Source of the DNA: an uncultured Bacteroidales bacterium
GTDB lineage: Bacteria > Bacteroidota > Bacteroidia > Bacteroidales > VadinHA17
Assembly: GCA_963844935.1 (NCBI GenBank)
Contig: CAWJQH010000004.1
Span: forward strand, 236,307-300,306
DNA length: 64,000 nucleotides
Direction of reading: 5' to 3'
The translations under genes and the position numbers were made by a program. Shown piece after piece: positions 29,336 through 36,571 of the stretch. Under the pieces are notes generated by a model. The model saw only the letters and a program-made list of their open reading frames with translations, did not search any database and had not been told where the DNA came from. The number at the start of each line of letters is the position of its first letter. Within the stretch, counting starts at the first letter, position 1.

Positions 29336-29362
29336 TTACACCAGCAAAAAGTTACAGTCAAT
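29336..29362 (-). promoter_or_regulatory. shared 27-nt upstream motif, copy A (27 nt upstream of the 143-aa gene start)
   Basis: Minus strand reads TTGACTGTAACTTTTTGCTGGTGTAAC. 23/27 identical to copy B at 29784-29810. Confidence 0.55.
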
Positions 29363-29566
29363 TTTGGATGCTCATATATGAAAGCCGAAAACCTGTTATT
29401 TGATCAACAAATCCTCAAAGGACTAAACTCCCGCGGTAAAATACCAGGGAAAATGAAGGAGAATAGTGTGGCATCCAATATTACTTTATACCAGTTTAAT
29501 AATTTGTTAACAAGGCCTTCTCCTGAAACAGGAAGGTTAAAAGAACTGAACTATAAAACGATTATT

Positions 29567-29749
29567 TCATTTGCAGTCACAGCCATCATTTTCATAATTA
29601 CTCTTGCCCGAATCAGTGCAAGTTAATGGATTAGAACCATCAGGGCAAGAGCACAACCAGCATGGACCTTCCTCACACGAAACGAATGTCAGCATATAAA
29701 GAAAAAGAAGGACACCGATAACTTTGAAAAGGATTTTTTTCATTTTCAT
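29567..29749 (-). CDS. Cys-rich mini-lipoprotein/secreted peptide (about 36-aa mature part, 7 Cys)
   Basis: MKMKKILFKVIGVLLFLYMLTFVSC|EEGPCWLCSCPDGSNPLTCTDSGKSNYENDGCDCK. Lipobox-like FVSC. The conserved upstream motif supports expression. Confidence 0.5.
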   Translation of the reverse strand: MKMKKILFKVIGVLLFLYMLTFVSCEEGPCWLCSCPDGSNPLTCTDSGKSNYENDGCDCK

Positions 29750-29783
29750 AGCCAACCTGTTTAGTTGTACAACAACAAGTAAA

Positions 29784-29810
29784 GTTACAACAGCAAAAAG
29801 CGAAAGTCAA
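29784..29810 (-). promoter_or_regulatory. shared 27-nt upstream motif, copy B (35 nt upstream of the Cys-rich peptide ATG)
   Basis: Minus strand reads TTGACTTTCGCTTTTTGCTGTTGTAAC. Confidence 0.55.
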
Positions 29811-29944
29811 GTTCGACCATTCTCGGTCAACAGATTGATTTTAATTAGTAATCAAAAAATGTAAACAATATAATTCCCGCTATTAATTTTCTGAGCTGGC
29901 ATTGATACAAAGTTCAACCTTTCTTGTGTAACGGACTTTGCTAT

Positions 29945-29972
29945 ATGTCCCAAAGATTGTTCTCTGTGTACC
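29945..29972. repeat. 28-nt intergenic motif ATGTCCCAAAGATTGTTCTCTGTGTACC (copy 1)
   Basis: Near-identical to 32709-32736 (GTGTCCCAAAGTTTGTTCT-GTACGTACC). Confidence 0.7.
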
Positions 29973-30062
29973 AAAAGTGATTGAAACATAGAATCCAGCC
30001 TCGTGTAATAAGAGAGGGAACTGATTGTAAATCATAGATCAGGGTGAATTTATCCCCGTTTC

Positions 30063-32630
30063 TTAAATTACGAGCATCAGCTGGACACGGAAACCAAAGC
30101 TGGAAATGCCCGGCTGATCAAGATAGGTAAAACGCTTTATCAGGTCGACTCTGAAAACTCTCAGGATATTTGATAATCCAATCCCTGCTTCCACATACGG
30201 CTTATTCTCCAGAGAAAAGGTTATCGGCATATTGTTGCTGTCGACGGGGAAATGGAACAGATCCTCATTATTGTCAGGATTATTATTGGTGCCCAGCCCG
30301 CCGAAAAGCACCTTGCATGTAATTATCTCCCTGAATTTCAGCCTCTTCAATAACGGTACTTTATTGAAAATGAACCCGTTGAATTGATGGTCAATATTCA
30401 ATGAAGCATATTTGTCGCTTACGAATTCAAGATAGTTCATAAGGTTATATGAATTGCTCTGGTAGGCATATGTCTGGTTAGCCGTATGAATGAACAATAA
30501 CGGATACGGAACCGTACCAAAGATCTTTCCGGCTTCAAGTGCAACATCAGTGTAACCGATGATTGAAATATAGAACCTCCTGCTTATATTCATCTGAAGC
30601 CGCAGGTAATCGTAATCGTTATATAATGCCTTTACACCGAAAGCGGTATTAAGCTGAATAACAGGATATTTACTTGGAAACCTGTCCCTGTATAACTTCT
30701 GCTGGTAAAAAGTTTCATTTGGCGCATAACGCAAGTTGAGAAAGGTTTCAGAAATATTAATGCTGTTAACGTTATCAGGGGTTGTTACATCTCCGTCATA
30801 GTCAAAGGAGAGGGAGCCCAGGGGTTGCTGACGGGTGAGATTAAATCCCAGAAGGTATGAAAAATGGTTCTCGTACTCATTCAGAAACTCAAACCTCAGA
30901 GTATTGTTCATCAGGAATTTATCATTCTCGCCGCGGGTGAATGACAGGAAGAAATTATCCCTGTAGGCAAACCGGTACTCCTGCCCGGGGAGCACAATGT
31001 CCTTCTGGTAACTCAGCCTCACCGATTTTACCGGGAACTGGTATATAGTACGGGGCGTGAGTGAATAGGTTATTCCTGCATTATATTTAAAATCATTGTC
31101 CCTTGTACCATAGGCGAGGTAGCCATCCAGGGTTGTCTTCCTGCTGAAATCAGTCGTTGTCCTTCCTCCGGCCCTGAACCTGGATCCCTCCACAGGATTG
31201 AAGCTGTATGTGTTGCCAAGAGGTCCTATTTCGAATTTGCCGAGATCAAGAAACTGCGTTGTAAGGAGCATGACAAATACCATCTGTCGCCTGAATGCAG
31301 GTACTTTGTTTATGCTGTCTACCATGGAGTATATAGCACCTTCCGACCTTGTGAGGGGAACATGCCTGTTAATGTTCCAGAAGTCAGGGTTATCTGACAT
31401 CGGGTCTATGCTTTCACTTGTCACCGGGCCCCTGAAAACCTTGTCATCAATATGGTTATTAACTGTGTAATTCCGGTATGATACAGTGCGCTGTGCATAC
31501 AATCCGGGCTGGTCCTGCACAACTCCAGCATCAATTGATATCTCTTCCTTCGAAAGCAGCCACAGGTTCTTACCGAACATCTCAAAATCCTGCTTTATGC
31601 TGAGATCATTGATCCAGTCGATATTAATATTCCTGTTCATTCCCATGTCAATTCCCCTGACCGCGTAGCTGCTGTCCATGGTTATATAAAGATCACCGTG
31701 AAACAGAAAATCAGATTTATTCCTGGGCTCAAAGAACAGCCTGATGCACCTGATATCCTTAACCAGCAAGGTGTCGGTGATATAATACCTGTAAAAGGCG
31801 GGGGCGCTTCGGGCGAGGGGACTTAAGAACCTGTTTGTCATAAACAGGATCTCATTGTCATAGATTTTAATATTCTGGAACAAATGATCAAGGTTTGCCA
31901 CAACACCTTTATTATCAAGATATTCCTGAAGGTTGACGGTTTTGGTGGCGAGAATTATTTCCTTTGTGGCCTCAGGTTCCTTCCTGTAATAATAATCAGA
32001 GATGGTTTCCTGAATGAATATGGGCAGGACATTTTTACTGATACGTCTTGTAGTGTCAGTATTGTCAAAAATGAATTTATATTTTTCGAAAGCCTTTGCC
32101 TGCCTTAAGCTGTCAGGGATGTTGCTCAGTGCAAGCAGGGTCTTTTCATATTTTTCATATTCAAGGAACCCGAAAAATTCCTGCCTGTTCTGATCCTTGT
32201 GTTCAATAACTTTTTCTATCAGTTCGACAGCCGGATTATTCTTGTTGCTGTACTCTCTTTTCCCGGGTTTCACAGTGACTTCACTGAGCGTTATTGATGA
32301 GAGTTTCAGGCTGATGTCTATTATCTGTTCTTCACCCTTCACAATAGTTCTGGTTTCCGCCTCATAGCCAATGTATGAAAACCTGACCTCGGCAGCTACA
32401 GCATTTGTACGGATTGAATATTTTCCCTGGTTGTCAGTGACGGTGCCGACGGTGGTCCCTTTCAGCAAAACATAAACAAAAGGAACAGGTTCACCTGTAT
32501 TTGCATCGGTGACTGTGCCTTTAATCACGGTCCTGCCTGTGTCCTGGGGGAAAATATTCTGGCTGATCAGGAAGAATATCAGGATCAGGATTTGAAAAGA
32601 ATATTCTCTTTGTGCAAGTTTTCTAAACAA
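30063..32630 (-). CDS. carboxypeptidase-regulatory-like domain plus DUF5686 family protein
   Basis: N-terminus ..VIKGTVTDANTGEPVPFVYVLLKGTTVGTVTDNQGKYSI (CarboxypepD_reg-like), then ~750 aa of beta-rich protein. TTG start. 855 aa is typical of the family. Confidence 0.7.
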   Translation of the reverse strand: MFRKLAQREYSFQILILIFFLISQNIFPQDTGRTVIKGTVTDANTGEPVPFVYVLLKGTTVGTVTDNQGKYSIRTNAVAAEVRFSYIGYEAETRTIVKGEEQIIDISLKLSSITLSEVTVKPGKREYSNKNNPAVELIEKVIEHKDQNRQEFFGFLEYEKYEKTLLALSNIPDSLRQAKAFEKYKFIFDNTDTTRRISKNVLPIFIQETISDYYYRKEPEATKEIILATKTVNLQEYLDNKGVVANLDHLFQNIKIYDNEILFMTNRFLSPLARSAPAFYRYYITDTLLVKDIRCIRLFFEPRNKSDFLFHGDLYITMDSSYAVRGIDMGMNRNINIDWINDLSIKQDFEMFGKNLWLLSKEEISIDAGVVQDQPGLYAQRTVSYRNYTVNNHIDDKVFRGPVTSESIDPMSDNPDFWNINRHVPLTRSEGAIYSMVDSINKVPAFRRQMVFVMLLTTQFLDLGKFEIGPLGNTYSFNPVEGSRFRAGGRTTTDFSRKTTLDGYLAYGTRDNDFKYNAGITYSLTPRTIYQFPVKSVRLSYQKDIVLPGQEYRFAYRDNFFLSFTRGENDKFLMNNTLRFEFLNEYENHFSYLLGFNLTRQQPLGSLSFDYDGDVTTPDNVNSINISETFLNLRYAPNETFYQQKLYRDRFPSKYPVIQLNTAFGVKALYNDYDYLRLQMNISRRFYISIIGYTDVALEAGKIFGTVPYPLLFIHTANQTYAYQSNSYNLMNYLEFVSDKYASLNIDHQFNGFIFNKVPLLKRLKFREIITCKVLFGGLGTNNNPDNNEDLFHFPVDSNNMPITFSLENKPYVEAGIGLSNILRVFRVDLIKRFTYLDQPGISSFGFRVQLMLVI

Positions 32631-32708
32631 GTCAGAGTAAATAGATTTATTCCTGGTTGCGGTTAAAAGGGTAAATATCGGCTAATATATTCAAAAGCAC
32701 CTTTCTGT

Positions 32709-32736
32709 GTGTCCCAAAGTTTGTTCTGTACGTACC
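32709..32736. repeat. 28-nt intergenic motif (copy 2), 79 nt upstream of the DUF5686 gene start
   Basis: See 29945-29972. Confidence 0.7.
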
Positions 32737-32747
32737 GTAGTAAGACA

Positions 32748-32775
32748 AAGAACCCCCGAAGCTGATACCCGGGGG
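32748..32775 (-). terminator. conserved-loop hairpin, copy 2 (downstream of the Fib_succ lipoprotein gene)
   Basis: AAGAACCCCCGAAGCTGATACCCGGGGG. CCCCCG/CGGGGG stem. On the minus strand it is followed by TTCTTTGTCTT. Confidence 0.6.
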
Positions 32776-32806
32776 TTGTCAACAGATTGTTATTATCATC
32801 AACAGG

Positions 32807-34171
32807 TTAATCCTTCACACAGCGGACAGACAGTCCATTATTCTTGCTTCCTGAGTATGGACTGATAAACGGAAACTCATACCAGTAAATCTCTATCGCG
32901 ACAAACTGTGCATTTGTCGAATTGGTTTGTGTAGCCGACCACCATCCAGCATAAAATTCAATTCCTGTAAATCTAACATCAGGATCCCAGCCAGACAAAT
33001 CAGTATTACGAGATCCCGCAGGAAGACCTGTAAATCCTAATTCATTAATTGCATCGGGGTAAGTACTTAGCAGCCAATGGGTATTACCGATTTCTATCAA
33101 TTTACTTGCGGAAGCATCTCCCAGGTAGCCTGTAAGGGTATTAAAATCGGTTTCGGTGGGTACATGCCAACCTATGGGGCACAGGTTGTTGGTGGCAACT
33201 GCATACCAGTTATACAGGGCTCCATAGGTCGCTTTGTAAGACGCGGCATCATTCAGGTACCAGCTATAACCCGGCGTTGCAAGGGTACCCCAGTCATAAT
33301 TGTCAGTTACTTCAGGGATAATTGTGCCATCATTTAACCTGGTTGTTTTGAGGTTCTCCGCCATCCAGAGCTGTGAGCCAATCTGTATTGTCTTATAGAT
33401 ATTGCCATCGATATCTGAAACAGTCCCGTAGGTTAAATTTTCATTAAATAAAATTGGGCCGACACTTAAAGTTGTAAAGGTTACCTCATTACCGTAAGCT
33501 GTTCCAACACTGTTTGTTGCAAAAGACCTTACATAATATGTCGTTGAGGGCTTCAAGTCACGTATTATACCAATTATAGTTTGATATCTTCCAACAAAGG
33601 TTAACAGTTTGCTGTCAGTCTTATTTGGATTTACATGTGTTCCCCAACAGATCCCCTTTTCTATTATGGGTTTTCCACCATCAGAAATTATATTAAAGCC
33701 TGAATATGCATATCCGGCTGAGATATCAGTAATTTCCATGGTAGTTATCGTTGGGATTGTATAGTGTGGATCTTCCGGATTAGTACGAAACATTACATGG
33801 ACACCATAACCGGTACCGGCACTGTTTGTTGCATAGGCTTTTGCATAATATGTTGTGTTAGGCATCAATTCAGTAAGTGTGCAATCAAAAACATCAAGAC
33901 TGGAACTAACTGAAACCTTGTTATCTGCAATTGTTGGATTCATTGCTGTACTCCAACAGACTCCCTTTTCAGTGACTTTAGCGCCTCCGTTACCTTTTAC
34001 AGATGCTAATACAGTTGCGGTTGTCTGACCGAGGCTTGAAACACCCTGGGTGGATACTTCAGGTGGTACAGGCGTCATAGGTTCCTCCATTTCCTTTTTA
34101 CAGGAAGTGGGATAAATTGTCAAACCCGATAACAGGATGACAATTGCGGAAATCCTGGTTTTACGATTCAT
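32807..34171 (-). CDS. lipoprotein: 2 x FN3-like repeats plus Fibrobacter-succinogenes-major-paralogous (Fib_succ_major) domain
   Basis: Lipobox ..IYPTSC. Repeats ..GVCWS..NTTYYAKAYATNSAGTGYG... C-terminus ..QLWMAENLK..YGALYNWYAV..CPIGWHVPT..GLSVRCVKD. Confidence 0.8.
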   Translation of the reverse strand: MNRKTRISAIVILLSGLTIYPTSCKKEMEEPMTPVPPEVSTQGVSSLGQTTATVLASVKGNGGAKVTEKGVCWSTAMNPTIADNKVSVSSSLDVFDCTLTELMPNTTYYAKAYATNSAGTGYGVHVMFRTNPEDPHYTIPTITTMEITDISAGYAYSGFNIISDGGKPIIEKGICWGTHVNPNKTDSKLLTFVGRYQTIIGIIRDLKPSTTYYVRSFATNSVGTAYGNEVTFTTLSVGPILFNENLTYGTVSDIDGNIYKTIQIGSQLWMAENLKTTRLNDGTIIPEVTDNYDWGTLATPGYSWYLNDAASYKATYGALYNWYAVATNNLCPIGWHVPTETDFNTLTGYLGDASASKLIEIGNTHWLLSTYPDAINELGFTGLPAGSRNTDLSGWDPDVRFTGIEFYAGWWSATQTNSTNAQFVAIEIYWYEFPFISPYSGSKNNGLSVRCVKD

Positions 34172-34197
34172 TGTGATATTTATTTAATTGGTTGTTG

Positions 34198-35799
34198 TCA
34201 AAGATTCGGGTCATATTCCCAAAAATCGCGCAAATAGGCAGTTTCATTATCTGAACCAGTGCCGATGTATGCCCTGTTTCCGACAGAGACAGCAAAGGCA
34301 CCACCCCGCGGACCTCCGGCATAATCAGCAACCCTGGTCCATGTATCAGCTGCCTGGTTCCATTCCCAGATATCCTTCGTAAATGAAGTGCCATTACCTC
34401 CTGTTCCTATATAGCCTTTGCTTCCGATTGAAAAACCAAAAGCTGAACTTCGCGGGCCTCCGGCAAAATCAGCTTTTCTTACCCATACATTGGTTGCCTG
34501 ATCCCATTCCCAGAATTCAGCAGATGAATAAGTACCGTTCCATCCTGTTCCTATGTATCCCTTGTTGCCGATTGAAAAGCCGGCAGCCGCTGATCGTGCA
34601 TTGCCCGGAAAGTCAGCTTTCTTTGCCCATACATTGGTTGCCTGATCCCATTCCCAGAAATCATTGTAGTATTCCATCGCAAGACCGTTGTATTGTTCCT
34701 TTTGACCAATGGCAATATATCCTTTCATACCGATTGAAAAGACAACAGCAGAACCTCTTGCAGGTGTGGTTGGTATCGATGCTTTCTGAGTCCAGATATT
34801 TGTTGCCGGATCATACTCCCAAAGTTCATTTGTAAGGTAACCCTCATTCCAGGTATTGATTGTCGTTATATATCCTTTTGTTCCGATTGAAAAGCCGCCA
34901 ACATAACCACCTGCGTCTCCGGGGAAGTCGGCCTGCCTTGTCCATGTCTCAGTTGCCGGATCCCATTCCCAGAAGTCATTGGCGGGGAAATCATGATCTC
35001 CGATGCCTAACCCGGCATATATTTTAGTGCCTATGGCAAAACCAGCAGCGCCGAACCTGGCCATCCCGGGAAAGTAACTGTCTGATACTACTATAACCGG
35101 GGCGGTTGTGAAACTGATTTCATTGCCATAGACTGTAGTGGAGTTGTCAAAAACTGCATAGGCTCTCACGAAGTAAGTAGTTCCCGCAGTTAACCCCGTC
35201 AGATTACCGATAAAGTCTCCCGAATAAGTTTCATTCATTGTCTTGCTGTCGTCGGTTGTCGGACTCCCGGAGGTATTCCAGCATAAACCACTTCCTGTCA
35301 AATGATATCCGTTTTGTCCGTAAAGAACATTTCCTGTTACGACAGCGGAATTGTACGAAAAAGCAATTACGGAAGATGTAGTCACATCCGGAAATGAAGG
35401 AGAAAAGTCCGGCACAGTGAATGAAATCTCATTTCCGTAAGCTGTTCCCACAACATTTGTTACATAGGAGCGAACATAATAAGTGGTATTTGGTGTTAAC
35501 CCGGATATACGGCTAAAAAAACCACCAGGGCCCTTTCCGGCAAAAGTTTTTTTATCACTTATCGACGGGTTCTGGCTTGTGCTCCAGCAAAACCCACAGG
35601 CTTTCACTTCAGCACCTCCGTCAGCAATTATTATGCCTCTTACTACCGCAGATTGCGGAGTAATTTCCGAAACCGAAGCAGTAGCTACGGCAGGTAAGGT
35701 TGGTGTGAGTAAGGGATCGGGCTCTTTTTTACAGCCATTTAGCATAATTATCCCGGGCACGAGACATGCTAAAACAAGGTAATTCAATTTTGTTTTCAT
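34198..35799 (-). CDS. lipoprotein: 3 x FN3-like repeats plus 6-bladed Kelch-like beta-propeller
   Basis: Lipobox ..MLNGC. Repeats ..CGFCWS..NTTYYVRSYVTN..GTAYG... Six copies of FWEWD.AT..W..KADF.G..R..A.GFSIG.KGYIGTG. Confidence 0.8.
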   Translation of the reverse strand: MKTKLNYLVLACLVPGIIMLNGCKKEPDPLLTPTLPAVATASVSEITPQSAVVRGIIIADGGAEVKACGFCWSTSQNPSISDKKTFAGKGPGGFFSRISGLTPNTTYYVRSYVTNVVGTAYGNEISFTVPDFSPSFPDVTTSSVIAFSYNSAVVTGNVLYGQNGYHLTGSGLCWNTSGSPTTDDSKTMNETYSGDFIGNLTGLTAGTTYFVRAYAVFDNSTTVYGNEISFTTAPVIVVSDSYFPGMARFGAAGFAIGTKIYAGLGIGDHDFPANDFWEWDPATETWTRQADFPGDAGGYVGGFSIGTKGYITTINTWNEGYLTNELWEYDPATNIWTQKASIPTTPARGSAVVFSIGMKGYIAIGQKEQYNGLAMEYYNDFWEWDQATNVWAKKADFPGNARSAAAGFSIGNKGYIGTGWNGTYSSAEFWEWDQATNVWVRKADFAGGPRSSAFGFSIGSKGYIGTGGNGTSFTKDIWEWNQAADTWTRVADYAGGPRGGAFAVSVGNRAYIGTGSDNETAYLRDFWEYDPNL

Positions 35800-36051
35800 G
35801 ACTTTTCGTTTAATGTTTTGAAAATATATTGTTAACTCTTTTTCAACGCATTTTAGGAGAAAGTCATTATTGCTAATAGGCTTTGTGATATTTTAACATA
35901 TTCAGATTTATTTTGTTCACAATATTTAGGTAATTATTTAATATTTTGTAATTAATATAGCCGATCATGTTGCCGGATCAGGTCCAATGGCTTAAAAGGC
36001 AGGAGAAGCTGCAATGCAGACATCACGCAATTTCCCGATATATATTAAAAA

Positions 36052-36079
36052 AAGAGCCCCCGGAGCTGATGTCCGGGGG
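36052..36079 (-). terminator. conserved-loop hairpin, copy 3
   Basis: AAGAGCCCCCGGAGCTGATGTCCGGGGG. 8-bp stem. On the minus strand it is followed by CTCTTTTTTT. Confidence 0.7.
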
Positions 36080-36162
36080 CATGCAATTGCTGAACGGTTT
36101 GCCTTTCAGCAACCCTGTCAGCATTTTATCTTTTGGTTCACCTGTCGAGACTTCGCAATGGA

Positions 36163-36438
36163 TCAGGCCGGTTCCGAAGCATGCAGGTTGTAGCTGTCAT
36201 ATTCTTCTGCTGTAATCTCATGACCCTCAAGAAAAGCCTCCATGACAACTTTACTCCGCCTCTTGATCCTGTATTCTTTACCGGTCTTTGGCCTGGCATA
36301 AAATTCATGGTTATCCGGAGGAACATATTTTATGGCAATTCCCGCCTTCCGGTTTTCGAAATAACACGGAATACCGCGACGGATCTTGTCCATTATGCGA
36401 TCAAAGCCCTCCAGGTCCGGTACAGCCAATGGAATCAT
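36163..36438 (-). CDS. hypothetical 91-aa protein
   Basis: Balanced composition (MIPLAVPDLEGFDRIMDKIRRGIPCYFENRKAGIAIKYVPPDNHEF..). A minus-strand terminator lies 84 nt downstream. It competes with a plus-strand ORF of poorer composition. Confidence 0.45.
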   Translation of the reverse strand: MIPLAVPDLEGFDRIMDKIRRGIPCYFENRKAGIAIKYVPPDNHEFYARPKTGKEYRIKRRSKVVMEAFLEGHEITAEEYDSYNLHASEPA

Positions 36439-36571
36439 ATTCTCAATTTAGACAATAATTTGCAATAATTGTTCTGCGGGATAAATAAGTAACCCGTTCG
36501 TTTAGTAAAGTTTTATTTCACCAGCCGTGGAAACTGGTTCCACCGGATAAAAATCGTTTCGCTGTATGTTC

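Noticed and set aside
29378-29626. 82-aa plus-strand ORF in the spacer between the two small genes
   Set aside because: It overlaps the Cys-rich peptide gene on the other strand, has no signal or recognisable motif, and runs against the otherwise uniform minus-strand organisation of the island.
32709-32736. GGTAC..N..motif as a sigma-54 (-24/-12) promoter
   Set aside because: On the minus strand GGTAC is not followed by a TTGC element at the required spacing in either copy.
36133-36468. 111-aa plus-strand ORF competing with the 91-aa minus-strand ORF
   Set aside because: Its composition is poorer (Phe/Arg-rich) and no terminator follows it, whereas the minus-strand ORF is followed by a good terminator. 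Neither can be proven from sequence alone.
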